From: Calditrichia bacterium
GTDB lineage: Bacteria > Calditrichota > Calditrichia > RBG-13-44-9 > J075
DNA length: 64,000 bases
Direction of reading: 5' to 3'
NCBI GenBank assembly: GCA_050633245.1
Contig: JBOEGD010000014.1
Coordinates: forward strand, 9,918 to 73,917
Notes under the pieces: model-generated
What the model saw: the letters and a program-made list of their open reading frames with translations, nothing else
What the model was told of the DNA's origin: nothing
Databases searched by the model: none
Position numbers and translations under genes: made by a program
In this document: piece after piece, positions 31,569-41,561 of the stretch
Layout: every line of letters begins with the position of its first letter
How positions within the stretch are numbered: the stretch's first letter is position 1

Positions 31569-32501
31569 ATGGCAACTCTTATTCACCACGGGGTTTGTGA
31601 TGCGTCCGCTGCTATTCCACTTACCCCTGGTCACTTTCTTCTCGCCGGAGACGAGGATAATATTCTTCGTTTTTATAACGCCACTTCAACCGGCGGGCCA
31701 ATTTTAATCGCAGATATTGCCGCCTATTTTCCCGGAAATGAGAAAAATGCCGAAACGGATATTGAAGGGGCCTCACAATTAGGCGACACTATTTTCTGGA
31801 TCACCTCACATGGTCGCAATCGACGTGGTAAACATATCGCCGCTCGCTATTATTTTTTTGCAAATACTGTGCAGCTTATAGACGGCGAGCTTCATCACCA
31901 ATCTGTGGGCCAGAGTTATCAAGGGCTGCTAGAAGATATGCTAAACGACCCGGCCCTCGATAAATATGAGCTTAAGAAGGCTGCGAAACGAGCGCCAAAG
32001 TCTGGTGGTGGACTCAACATTGAAGGTCTTGCCGCAACGCCCGAGCAAAAGCTGCTCATTGGTTTTCGCAACCCCGTACCTGATGACAGGGCGCTGATTC
32101 TTCAGCTGGAAAACCCCTTCGGCGTTCTTCAGGGTGAAAGAGCACTCTTTTCCGAGCCCATCGAGTTGGATTTAGACGGTCTTGGCATACGCAGCATCGA
32201 GTATTGGCCAACAAAGAATTGCTATCTGATAATCGGGGGCGCTTTTTCGGGAGTTCGCAAATTCGGTATTTACCGCTGGAGCGGCAAGCGAGATGATTTA
32301 CCTGAACGCCTCAACCACTTGAATTTCAATGATTTAAATCCCGAAGGACTCGTTATCTACCCCGAAGAGCCAGACCATTTTCAGATCATCAGCGATGACG
32401 GTAATGTTGAACGCGATAATTGCCGATGCAAGCGTCTGCCCGAAGGTCATCCGGGTAAATACTTTCGGAGCCAATGGTTCAAATTAGAAATTGATGAATG
32501 A
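31569..32501 (+). CDS. DUF3616 family beta-propeller protein
   Basis: CDASA, DEDN.LR.Y, DIEG, WITSHGRN, NIEGL, GFRNP, NPEG and SDDG motifs. Confidence 0.75.
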   Translation: MATLIHHGVCDASAAIPLTPGHFLLAGDEDNILRFYNATSTGGPILIADIAAYFPGNEKNAETDIEGASQLGDTIFWITSHGRNRRGKHIAARYYFFANTVQLIDGELHHQSVGQSYQGLLEDMLNDPALDKYELKKAAKRAPKSGGGLNIEGLAATPEQKLLIGFRNPVPDDRALILQLENPFGVLQGERALFSEPIELDLDGLGIRSIEYWPTKNCYLIIGGAFSGVRKFGIYRWSGKRDDLPERLNHLNFNDLNPEGLVIYPEEPDHFQIISDDGNVERDNCRCKRLPEGHPGKYFRSQWFKLEIDE

Positions 32502-32665
32502 TGAATTAAGGTTTATGCTTTAGAAAGCACTGCTTGCTTCTTGCTTCTACCTTCCGTGAAGATTGCTATTAATCGATCGGTGATTTCACACAAGTTCAAA
32601 GCCCACGTGCCCAATATATTTATTTTACTCACGCTACAGCCAAAACGAATGTATGCTTCGGAGGA

Positions 32666-33385
32666 ATGATGGCGGATAAACATGAAGATATCCGACTGGC
32701 ACGTGCCTTATTTCAGGAAGAAAAACACGCTCTTCTGTCAACCAATTCAGTTAGAATGCCAGCGTTCCCGCTCGGGTCGTTTACAGCCTATTGCCTGAAT
32801 AACTCAGGACAGCCGGTTGTGCTCATCAATTCTATCGGACAGGAAGCAGAAAATATTATGGAAAGCCGCCATGTTTCACTTGCTATAGCGGAAAAAAAAC
32901 CTGCCGGTATCAATAAGTGCCTGAGCGTAACCTGCCTTGCTGAAGCGAGTCGTCCTGAGCCGGAAGAGTTAGATGAAATTGCCGAGCAGTATTATCATTA
33001 CTTTCCAGAATTCAGGGGCTACCACGAAACGAATGAGTTCAATTTTTTTACTCTCGAACTGCGCGAAATTCGTATCCAACGCAGCATTCATAATATTTTC
33101 TGGATTCGTCCGGAAGAGTTTACCGCCAGCAGTCCCTTTAGCAAGAGTGTCGTGCAGCGCATCGTGTCACACATGAACGACGATCATCAGGATGCCTTAA
33201 AATATCTTCTCGCAGAACACAAAAATCACCTTGTAAATGGCGATTCGGTTGAAATGGTTGGCATAAACGGAGACGGTTTCGATTTGCGCGTCGATAGTCA
33301 ATTTTTTCGTATTCAGTTTGACTCACCGGTAACAACATTGATGGAAGCCCGCAAAACCCTGATGGCAATGACCAAGTTGGATTGA
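32666..33385 (+). CDS. HugZ-like heme-binding protein (PNPOx split barrel plus DUF2470)
   Basis: LST.S...P.GS N-domain; HMNDDH and GI..DGFD C-domain. Confidence 0.8.
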   Translation: MMADKHEDIRLARALFQEEKHALLSTNSVRMPAFPLGSFTAYCLNNSGQPVVLINSIGQEAENIMESRHVSLAIAEKKPAGINKCLSVTCLAEASRPEPEELDEIAEQYYHYFPEFRGYHETNEFNFFTLELREIRIQRSIHNIFWIRPEEFTASSPFSKSVVQRIVSHMNDDHQDALKYLLAEHKNHLVNGDSVEMVGINGDGFDLRVDSQFFRIQFDSPVTTLMEARKTLMAMTKLD

Positions 33386-33644
33386 TGAATGCTGATTGAT
33401 GAGGTATGACTCAGAATTTTAATTCATGAATCATCAATCATCAATCTCTAACAGTATCCTTTTTTATACTACCTGTCTACAAAAACATACACCACTCTTG
33501 CTTCCTCGCTAAATTCCACACGCCATAATTCATTTATAAATAATAGTTTATCAGCCACTAATTATCTCGGTACGGAATTTGTTCTTATATTCGAGGATTT
33601 CTACTGCTTTCTGCTTAGATTTTGCAGATATGTAAGGAGAGATC

Positions 33645-34370
33645 ATGAATACTGAACAAAGCGGATGCCTTTACATCGTAAGTACACCTATTGGCAATCT
33701 GGAAGACATCACCTATCGGGCCGTGCGAATCCTGTCTGAGGTCGATGTCATTTGTGCCGAGGATACCCGCGTAACAGGGAAGCTGTTAAAGCATTATGAG
33801 ATTGAAAATCGCATGTTAAGCTACTATGCCCACAATGCCAAAGGTCGCATTCCGCAAGTATTGGAAATGCTTCACAATGGTCAAAATATCGCAGTCGTAT
33901 CTGATGCCGGAACGCCAGGAATCTCTGATCCTTCAGAGCGGTTGGTTTCTGCCGCCGCTGCTGAGGGCATCCGTATTATTCCCATTCCCGGAGCCTGTGC
34001 CGCCATTACCGCACTGGTTGTTTCCGGGCTTCCAACAGATCGTTTCGTCTTTGAAGGCTTTCTACCAAAGAAAAAAGGACGTCAAACCCGCTTCAGATTT
34101 ATAGCCGAAGAAGAGCGCACTATCGTGGTTTACGAGTCCCCACACCGCATCCAAAAAACTTTGGAAGATATTGTAAAGCATATGGGGAATCGCTATATTG
34201 TTGTCCTGCGTGAATTGACCAAGCGGTATGAGGAAATCATCCGTGGAAGCGCTGTAGATCTGGTACAGAATCTGTCTTCACGTAAACTAAAAGGAGAGAT
34301 TGTTCTATTAGTTGCAGGAAATAAATTTGATACTACAGACCCAATGATGAAAGAGTTACCACATGGATAA
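33645..34370 (+). CDS. rsmI: 16S rRNA (cytidine1402-2'-O)-methyltransferase
   Basis: TPIGNLEDIT.RA, AEDTR, SDAGTP.ISDP, YESPHR and RELTK motifs. Confidence 0.96.
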   Translation: MNTEQSGCLYIVSTPIGNLEDITYRAVRILSEVDVICAEDTRVTGKLLKHYEIENRMLSYYAHNAKGRIPQVLEMLHNGQNIAVVSDAGTPGISDPSERLVSAAAAEGIRIIPIPGACAAITALVVSGLPTDRFVFEGFLPKKKGRQTRFRFIAEEERTIVVYESPHRIQKTLEDIVKHMGNRYIVVLRELTKRYEEIIRGSAVDLVQNLSSRKLKGEIVLLVAGNKFDTTDPMMKELPHG

Positions 34371-35037
34371 AAAGGGTTTTAATGTTCTGTCCCCCGCCAT
34401 CAAGGACGGCTTCTTACGTCTAATCGAACCTCCCGTCGACTTCATCGTCCGCTTAAATGTCCACCCGAATTTTTTTACAATTCTCGGTTTCATCCTCAGC
34501 ATTGTCGGCGCTTATTTCTATGCAACGCTGTCAATTGTGTATGGTGGGCTTTTCACGCTATTTGGCGGAATTTGCGATATTATCGATGGAAAGGTGGCGC
34601 GTAAATCCGGATTGTCGTCTAAATTCGGAGCCTTGTTCGATTCAACAATTGACCGCTATTCTGAATTTGCAATGTTCTTTGGTGTAGGCGTTTACTTTCT
34701 GCGCTCAGATCTGCAATTTGGCGAGTTAACAACCGCGATTGCCTTTATTGCTCTCGGCGGTTCAATGATGGTGAGTTACATTCGTGCACGTGCCGAAGGC
34801 CTTGGCTATGACTGTAAGGTTGGCATGATGCAAAGACCGGAACGCATTGTCTATATTGGAATCAGTTCACTGGTTCACTCCATGGCGCTAACAGTCGTGA
34901 TTTACTTTATTGCCATCATGGCAAACTACACGGCTTATCAGCGTATGCACCACGTCTGGGCTTCTGAGAAACTGGAAAACAATCCGGAGACAGTCGAGGC
35001 ATCTGATGACACAATTACAAATAAAACATCTGAATAG
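34363..35037 (+). CDS. CDP-alcohol phosphatidyltransferase, probable phosphatidylinositol-phosphate synthase
   Basis: DIIDGKVAR...G..FD...DR signature, SYIRARAEG and G.MQRPER; adjacent to ino1. Confidence 0.88.
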   Translation: MDKKGFNVLSPAIKDGFLRLIEPPVDFIVRLNVHPNFFTILGFILSIVGAYFYATLSIVYGGLFTLFGGICDIIDGKVARKSGLSSKFGALFDSTIDRYSEFAMFFGVGVYFLRSDLQFGELTTAIAFIALGGSMMVSYIRARAEGLGYDCKVGMMQRPERIVYIGISSLVHSMALTVVIYFIAIMANYTAYQRMHHVWASEKLENNPETVEASDDTITNKTSE

Positions 35038-35051
35038 AAAGGATTTACCAA

Positions 35052-36383
35052 ATGAGTAGCAACGCACCGAAGGTGACTATTGCCCCGGCCAAAGGCCGTC
35101 TCGGGATTCTTACGCCCGGAATGGGAGCTGTAGCCACTACATTTATTGCCGGCGTAATGGCCGTTCGTAAAGGTCTTAGCAAGCCTATCGGCTCCGTAAC
35201 AGAAATGGGCACGATTCGCGTTGGCAAACGCACTGAAAATAACGTTCCAAGCATTCGTGAATTCGTTCCACTCACAGAGCTAAACGACATCGTTTTTGGT
35301 GGATGGGATCTGTTTGAAGAAAATGCTTACGAGTCTGCCCTACACTCCGGCGTGCTGGATAAAGAACTCCTCGAGCAAATTCGCCCTGAGCTGGAAGCTG
35401 TGAAACCGATGAAAGCCGTATTCGATCGCAACTATGTGAAGAAGCTGGATGGCAAACACGTTAAAGAAGCAGCAACAAAATGGGATTATGCCCAGATGTT
35501 GATGGACGACATCGAGAAATTTAAGGCAGACAACAATGTCGATCGCTGCGTGATGGTTTGGTGTGGAAGCACCGAGATCTTTCTGGAGCAGGAAGATATC
35601 CACCAAACGATTGAAGCGTTTGAGCAAGCGATGAAAGATAACCACCCTGGTGTGGCACCAAGTATGATTTACGCCTACGCCGCTATTAAAAAGGGAATCC
35701 CTTACGCAAACGGTGCACCGAATCTGTCTGCAGATATGCCGGCATTCTACGACCTGGCAAAGAAAACAGGATCACCGATTGTTGGCAAAGACTTCAAGAC
35801 GGGTCAGACACTAATGAAAACAATTTTGGCACCGGGTCTGAAAGCTCGCCTGCTGGGATTAAACGGATGGTTCTCTACGAACATTCTCGGTAACCGTGAT
35901 GGTGAAGTGCTGGACGATCCGGAATCCTTCAAGACGAAAGAAGAGAGTAAGCTCTCTGTGCTTGAGCAGATTCTGCAGCCAAAGCTTTATCCGGATCTGT
36001 ATAAAGATTTCTACCACAAAGTTCGCATCAACTACTACCCGCCGCGTGGTGATAATAAAGAGGGTTGGGACAACATCGACATCAACGGCTGGCTTGGCTA
36101 TCCGATGCAGATTAAAATCGATTTTCTCTGCCGCGATAGTATCCTCGCTGCACCGCTGGTTTTGGATCTGGCTCTTTTCCTCGACCTTGCCAAACGTGCT
36201 GAGTTCTCCGGGATTCAGGAATGGCTATCGTTCTATTTTAAGAGTCCGACTGTAAAGCCAGGCCTCTATCCTGAGCATGATATTTTTATCCAGCATATGA
36301 AGCTGAAAAATACGCTTCGCTATATGATGGGTGAAGATCAGATTACGCACCTTGGTGCCGATTATTATGAGTACTATAAATAA
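35052..36383 (+). CDS. ino1: myo-Inositol-1-phosphate synthase
   Basis: GMGAVATT, GKDFKTGQT, NILGNRDG, GDNKEGWD, CRDSILAAP and YFKSP motifs. Confidence 0.96.
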   Translation: MSSNAPKVTIAPAKGRLGILTPGMGAVATTFIAGVMAVRKGLSKPIGSVTEMGTIRVGKRTENNVPSIREFVPLTELNDIVFGGWDLFEENAYESALHSGVLDKELLEQIRPELEAVKPMKAVFDRNYVKKLDGKHVKEAATKWDYAQMLMDDIEKFKADNNVDRCVMVWCGSTEIFLEQEDIHQTIEAFEQAMKDNHPGVAPSMIYAYAAIKKGIPYANGAPNLSADMPAFYDLAKKTGSPIVGKDFKTGQTLMKTILAPGLKARLLGLNGWFSTNILGNRDGEVLDDPESFKTKEESKLSVLEQILQPKLYPDLYKDFYHKVRINYYPPRGDNKEGWDNIDINGWLGYPMQIKIDFLCRDSILAAPLVLDLALFLDLAKRAEFSGIQEWLSFYFKSPTVKPGLYPEHDIFIQHMKLKNTLRYMMGEDQITHLGADYYEYYK

Positions 36384-36433
36384 TTGCCCAAGAGAAAGCA
36401 GATCACTATATTAGGTCTGCCACTAAGTATTTG

Positions 36434-36467
36434 GTCCGGCGGCAGCAGTGTCGCCGGACTTTTTTTT
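36434..36467 (+). terminator. Intrinsic terminator
   Basis: GTCCGGCGGCA-gcag-TGTCGCCGGAC followed by T8. Confidence 0.88.
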
Positions 36468-36490
36468 GAACGGATTCTGCGAACTTACAG

Positions 36491-37903
36491 GTGATCAGGT
36501 TGTCAGCTCCTACGAAACGATCTTCCCTGGGAGATGTATTAAGAACCTCCCTGCCCGCCGCAATCGATTTATCATCACAGACAATTGCCTGGCTAATCGA
36601 AGCTATTTTTATAGGTATGATCTCTGCCGCTGCCTTTGCGGGCGTTGGCATTAGTCTACAGATAATCCTACTTACATTTACTGTAATCCTGACCTTCGTT
36701 GTTGGCGCATCGGTCATTATTCTCAATTATCTTGGAGCAAATGATGAGTGGGGAGCCAACCATGTCTTCGCTCAAGCCCTGATAATTGGTACCATCCTCT
36801 CTTTTCTGATCTCCATTTTTTGGTACTTCGGCGGGTCGCAACTAATGCTCCTGATTGGGGAAGATGAGCCTGCTGCCAGGGAATACGGCATTCAGTATCT
36901 CAAAACCGTTTCATGGTGTGGACCGTTAATCATTCTAAATTTTATCGCTCTTGGCATTATGCGCATGGCCGGTGATACACTTACCACCATGAAAATTAAT
37001 CTCTTCGCCAATGGTTTGCATATTACGCTCAGCCCCATCTTTATTTTTGGCTGGGGATTTATTCCGCGAATGGAAGCAACCGGTGCCGCCATTGCTGTAA
37101 GCATCGCCCATTCACTTGCATTTTTTATCACCCTTTATCACCTCCGCAGTCGCAATAACATTCTATTTCTCTCGCTGAGAGAATTCACCAAGCCCAATAT
37201 GGAAACGGTTAAAAAGCTGTTTCGGCTTGGGATGCCAACAACGGTGGAACAACTGGTTTGGGCAGTAGGCCAGCTGGTGCTCAGTTTTTATGCCGGGCAA
37301 ATCAGTATTTTAGTTCTGGCAACGCACACTGCATACGTCCGCATTCAGTCTGTACTGACAATGGCTTTTCAAGGATTTGGACTCGCCTCAATGTCACTGG
37401 TAGGTAAAAGTCTGGGAGCCCAAGATGACCAAAAAGCAATTGACGCCGGTGCTACAGCGCAGAATGTCGCATTAGGATTCTCTATTGCATTTGCCGTGCT
37501 ATTGGTCGTATTTAAGCGGCCGTTACTGGAGATTTTTACAACAGAAGCGGAAGTTATCGCATTGGGAATATCGAGCATGCTGATTGTCGCGATCATTCAA
37601 ATTCCCAAAGGAATAAACGCTGTTTTGTCTGGCAACCTACGTGGCAGCGGCGATCTGAAATGGCTGATGTATATCTCTCTGTTCAGCGTTGTGCTGTTCG
37701 AATTGATTGGAGGCTACTACAGCTCCTTCGTATTTCACTTCTCTCTCGCTGGACTATGGGCGCTTCAGGGTGCAGATGAAACGCTGCGCATGGTGCTAAA
37801 CTACTGGCGTTTCAAACGCGGAAAGTGGAAAATCCGCGATCTTCTGGGAGACAAAATCCCATTTAGAAATCCGCTGAAAGACAAGGGACAGGATTCGGAA
37901 TGA
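36491..37903 (+). CDS. MATE family efflux transporter
   Basis: About 12 TM segments, R.AGD...M, P.FIFG, GAAIA and LRGSGD motifs. Confidence 0.9.
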   Translation: MIRLSAPTKRSSLGDVLRTSLPAAIDLSSQTIAWLIEAIFIGMISAAAFAGVGISLQIILLTFTVILTFVVGASVIILNYLGANDEWGANHVFAQALIIGTILSFLISIFWYFGGSQLMLLIGEDEPAAREYGIQYLKTVSWCGPLIILNFIALGIMRMAGDTLTTMKINLFANGLHITLSPIFIFGWGFIPRMEATGAAIAVSIAHSLAFFITLYHLRSRNNILFLSLREFTKPNMETVKKLFRLGMPTTVEQLVWAVGQLVLSFYAGQISILVLATHTAYVRIQSVLTMAFQGFGLASMSLVGKSLGAQDDQKAIDAGATAQNVALGFSIAFAVLLVVFKRPLLEIFTTEAEVIALGISSMLIVAIIQIPKGINAVLSGNLRGSGDLKWLMYISLFSVVLFELIGGYYSSFVFHFSLAGLWALQGADETLRMVLNYWRFKRGKWKIRDLLGDKIPFRNPLKDKGQDSE

Positions 37904-38535
37904 AACAGAGTCGATTTATTTCTTTTGAAGGACTCGATTTTTGCGGAAAGACAACGCAAATAAAGCTGCTCTTGGATCGACTTGCAGCACTGAAAATCGA
38001 CGTAAACCTGTTGCGGGAACCTGGCGGAACCGCCGTGTCCGAGCGTGTGCGCGACATTGTCCTCGATCCTGCTCATCCCGAGATGGACGACCGAACCGAG
38101 ATTCTACTTTACTCTGCAGCCCGCGCGCAGCTGGTTCATCAAAAATTGATCCCCCTGTTAGATCATAATGCCTATGTCGTTGCCGATCGCTTTTTCGATT
38201 CTACCAGTGCCTATCAGGGCTTTGGACGTGGCCTCGATATGGATTTTGTGCAACGCCTTAATCTATTTGCCACCTCTGGCATCATGCCGGATAAAACGTT
38301 GTTTATCGACATTTCACCGGAAGAATCGGTTCGGCGACGCCGGTCTGCCGGGCGCATGGCCGATCGCCTGGAAAGTCAGGCCATCGAGTTTTACCACACT
38401 ATCCGCAGTGGCTTTCATCAAATTGCCGACAACAACCCGGAACGCTTTATTGTTATCCCGGGCGAAGAGAACATCGACGTTATCTCCCAACGCATCTGGT
38501 CGACCGTCTCGAAGATCTGGGGATTGGGAGAGTAG
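37900..38535 (+). CDS. tmk: Thymidylate kinase
   Basis: FEGLDFCGKTTQ, REPGGT, DRF..S..AYQG and DRLE motifs. Confidence 0.96.
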   Translation: MKQSRFISFEGLDFCGKTTQIKLLLDRLAALKIDVNLLREPGGTAVSERVRDIVLDPAHPEMDDRTEILLYSAARAQLVHQKLIPLLDHNAYVVADRFFDSTSAYQGFGRGLDMDFVQRLNLFATSGIMPDKTLFIDISPEESVRRRRSAGRMADRLESQAIEFYHTIRSGFHQIADNNPERFIVIPGEENIDVISQRIWSTVSKIWGLGE

Positions 38536-38755
38536 GGCGCTCATTGCGTTCACTATCGGGGCGTCACTACGTGACTTATGGGTCGCTTCGCTCATAGGTC
38601 GCTCACTGCGTTCGCTTATTGGACGCTCATTACATTCGCTATAGGATAGGTAAAGAATTTTTTCCTACAGTGCCGCAGACACATCCTACCACCTACCAGC
38701 GGCAAAGCCGCGATCTACCTCCGACCAGCGTAGAACAAAGGCCGAAGCGACCTGC
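38533..38755. repeat. Degenerate mini-hairpin repeat element
   Basis: About five units of (T)RGGNCGC-TCAYTRCRTT-CGCT on the left, with complementary GCGACC/CCTAC motifs on the right. Confidence 0.65.
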
Positions 38756-38915
38756 AAATTCGTTTAAGTTTTAAATTCAAAAAATGTTAGCTAAAATATC
38801 TCCGACAGGTTTCGATAGTATATATTACCCTGTCCGTAAGCAGCTTCCCGTTTACCGACCGGTCACAATCACTCACACTTATTCACACGATGAATGCCAA
38901 AAGCAGGAGTCTGAT

Positions 38916-40601
38916 ATGCCTGACGGCAAAAGAACAGTTACCTGGTTCAGTCTATTTATGTTCTTTTTTTCCATTGGTTGGTTTGTAAACAGCACAATGG
39001 CTAGTAATGAGACCAATTATCACAAAATCGATAAAGGTCTCGTTTATATGAAAAAGGTTTTCGAAACGGTTTCCAGAAGTTATGTGGATAAACTGGACCC
39101 GGAGAACCTTAGTAAATCTGCCATCGACGGGATGTTGAATGAATTCGATCCCTATACCGTCTTTTTTGAAGATCCCGGCTCTCACCAGCTGCAAATGATT
39201 ACTCGCGGCAAATATGGCGGAGTCGGCATGGAGATCAGCATTCAGGACGATCGGATTGTAGTAATCTCACCGATGGAAGGCACTCCGGCGCAGCGCGCCG
39301 GCGTTAGAGCAGGAGATATCCTTTACACCATTAATGGACTCCCGACAACTGATATGACTACCGAAGATGCTTCACGGCAGCTGCGCGGAAAAATCGGTAC
39401 CACGGTTCAAATCGAAATGGAACGTGCCGGGTTGGATGAGCGACTTTCCTTCGAGCTTACGCGTGAAGAAATCGTTTTAAAAGATGTCACATTTAGTGAT
39501 TTTATTAAGCCAGGCGTAGCATATTTTCGCCTCTCCGCTTTCTCGGACAAGGCCGGGAAAGAACTACGTGAAGCCGTTTTCGAACTTGAGGATCGCGGTG
39601 AGATCGAAAAAGTTATTCTCGATCTGCGCGGCAATCCGGGTGGATTGCTGACCGCAGCAGTAGATGTGCTTGATATTTTCCTGCCGGAAAACCACCTGGT
39701 TGTCTCTACCCGGGGCTCCCATGAAAATGAACACAAGTTCTATACAGAAACAGCTGCCATTCTTCCCAATGTACCGCTAGTTGCGCTGGTGAATCAGTCC
39801 AGTGCCAGCGCATCGGAAATTGTCGCGGGCGCAATTCAGGATCTAGATCGTGGCGTAGTTATTGGTGAGGCTACCTTCGGAAAAGGTCTGGTACAGAAAG
39901 TCTACCCGGTTGATAAGATCTCTCAGGCCTACTTGAAAATCACCACCGCAAAATACTACATCCCTTCCGGACGTTCTATTCAAAAGGAAGACTACAAGAA
40001 AAATAATACGGTGTTTACCGACCGCTCTGATAGCGTAGAATACAATCAGGATATCAACTATTATACTGCTAACGGACGCATCGTGCACAGCGGTAGCGGA
40101 ATTACACCAGACATTCCGGTTGTCGAAGAACATTTCGATCGGTTTATCCAGCATCTGTTATCCAAGGCCTATTTCTTTCGCTATACCGTAGATTATCTGA
40201 ATAAGTATCCGGAGAAGCAAAAACAAAAGAGCATAATTATCTCTCCAAAAATGCTGGCCGATTTCGAGAAGGTTGTATTAAAGGATGGATTTAAGATCGA
40301 ACTTGAAGGGGAGAAGGAGCTGAAGAAGTTCCTCGATATTGCTGAGAAGAAAGACTATAATTCCTCGATGGAAGAGCTGGTCTCAAATGCGTTAAAACAG
40401 CTGGAGCGGCAAAAGCGCACGATGTTCACAAAAAATCGCGAACATATTAAACACATGCTGATGGTAGAGTTTGCCGAGAAGCTCGGCGGTGCAAAACAAC
40501 GGATTAAGATGCTTTTGGCACGCGACAAGCAAGTCAATCAGGCGCTCGCCGTTCTGGTTGATCATCGCGAATATCGCGATATTCTGGCTGTTGGCAATTA
40601 A
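38916..40601 (+). CDS. ctpA: S41 carboxyl-terminal processing protease (PDZ)
   Basis: DPYT, GGVGM PDZ, DLRGNPGG, SASASEIVAG and TFGKGLVQ motifs; ATG at 38916 after AGGAG. Confidence 0.93.
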   Translation: MPDGKRTVTWFSLFMFFFSIGWFVNSTMASNETNYHKIDKGLVYMKKVFETVSRSYVDKLDPENLSKSAIDGMLNEFDPYTVFFEDPGSHQLQMITRGKYGGVGMEISIQDDRIVVISPMEGTPAQRAGVRAGDILYTINGLPTTDMTTEDASRQLRGKIGTTVQIEMERAGLDERLSFELTREEIVLKDVTFSDFIKPGVAYFRLSAFSDKAGKELREAVFELEDRGEIEKVILDLRGNPGGLLTAAVDVLDIFLPENHLVVSTRGSHENEHKFYTETAAILPNVPLVALVNQSSASASEIVAGAIQDLDRGVVIGEATFGKGLVQKVYPVDKISQAYLKITTAKYYIPSGRSIQKEDYKKNNTVFTDRSDSVEYNQDINYYTANGRIVHSGSGITPDIPVVEEHFDRFIQHLLSKAYFFRYTVDYLNKYPEKQKQKSIIISPKMLADFEKVVLKDGFKIELEGEKELKKFLDIAEKKDYNSSMEELVSNALKQLERQKRTMFTKNREHIKHMLMVEFAEKLGGAKQRIKMLLARDKQVNQALAVLVDHREYRDILAVGN

Positions 40602-40640
40602 CACTATATAATGAACATCTACATGCAGAGCGGGAAATGA

Positions 40641-40669
40641 TTGCTTTTTCCCGCTTTCCTGTGTATTAT
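40641..40669 (+). promoter_or_regulatory. Sigma70-like promoter overlapping a hairpin
   Basis: TTGCTT-N17-TATTAT upstream of 40733, overlapping the inverted repeat AGCGGGAAA/TTTCCCGCT. Confidence 0.45.
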
Positions 40670-40732
40670 TTCTCCCTCATATAGACACAACTGACTCAAC
40701 AAGCGCGGTCTGATATTGCGAAAGGAACTGCT

Positions 40733-41548
40733 ATGGCAACATCTCCTCCAAAAGCCTATAAGAACCTGGACTTTTTAAATAGTCCTGATGCCCGAACAAT
40801 TCGTATTCTGGCCGAATACTTGGAGCCACAGTCTCGTTTCGCAAAAGAGCAGGTAAACAACAGCATTGTATTCTTTGGTTCAGCCCGCTTCATCGATCGC
40901 AAGACGGCCGAGTCGCGACTGACAAAAGCACGCGCTGCTCATGAAAAACAGCCGACCCCTGAAACAGAGAATTCACTGCTCGTTGCACGCCAGAAAATGA
41001 TTTCTTCTGAATACTATGAAGATGCAAGAGAGCTGGCACGCTTGCTAACGGAATGGAGCATTGAAACCCATAGTAAAGAGGAGCGCTATTACATTGCCTC
41101 CGGTGGCGGCCCGGGCATTATGGAAGCTGCAAATCGCGGTGCGTCGGAAGCAAAAAATGGCGAGTCGATTGGTCTGAATATTTCTCTTCCCATGGAACAG
41201 GGCTGCAATGATTACATCACCGATAAACTAAATTTTGAATTCCACTACTTCTTCACGCGGAAATTCTGGTTTATGTATCTGGCAAAAGCGCTGATTATTT
41301 TTCCGGGTGGGTTCGGTACATTAGATGAAATGTTTGAAGGCCTGACGCTTATTCAAACAGATAAGACAAATCCCAATATGCCGGTTATTCTTTATGCAGG
41401 CGACTACTGGCGAAAGGTAATCAATCTGGAAGCACTTGCTGAAGCCGGTACAATTAGCCCGAAAGACCTCGAGCTATTTGAGGTCATTGATACACCTACT
41501 GCCGCGTTCGAATACCTCAAAGAACGTCTGCCATCAACCTCCAGATAA
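40733..41548 (+). CDS. LOG family nucleotide phosphoribohydrolase (TIGR00730-like)
   Basis: FFGSAR, GGGPGIMEAANRGA, FHYFFTRK and PGGFGTLDE motifs. Confidence 0.92.
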   Translation: MATSPPKAYKNLDFLNSPDARTIRILAEYLEPQSRFAKEQVNNSIVFFGSARFIDRKTAESRLTKARAAHEKQPTPETENSLLVARQKMISSEYYEDARELARLLTEWSIETHSKEERYYIASGGGPGIMEAANRGASEAKNGESIGLNISLPMEQGCNDYITDKLNFEFHYFFTRKFWFMYLAKALIIFPGGFGTLDEMFEGLTLIQTDKTNPNMPVILYAGDYWRKVINLEALAEAGTISPKDLELFEVIDTPTAAFEYLKERLPSTSR

Positions 41549-41561
41549 CGTCGTCTTTGCA

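Noticed and set aside
36491-37903. MATE protein as a dedicated inositol-lipid flippase
   Set aside because: A strong terminator separates it from ino1 and it overlaps tmk instead; the sequence gives no support for this role.
38533-38755. Possible CRISPR array, and ORFs 38168-38644 and 38314-38595
   Set aside because: The units are degenerate with no unique 30-40 bp spacers and no cas genes nearby; the ORFs are shadows of tmk plus the repeat.
38784-38915. Longer N-terminus for the S41 protease
   Set aside because: The AGGAG RBS and signal/TM segment fit the ATG at 38916.
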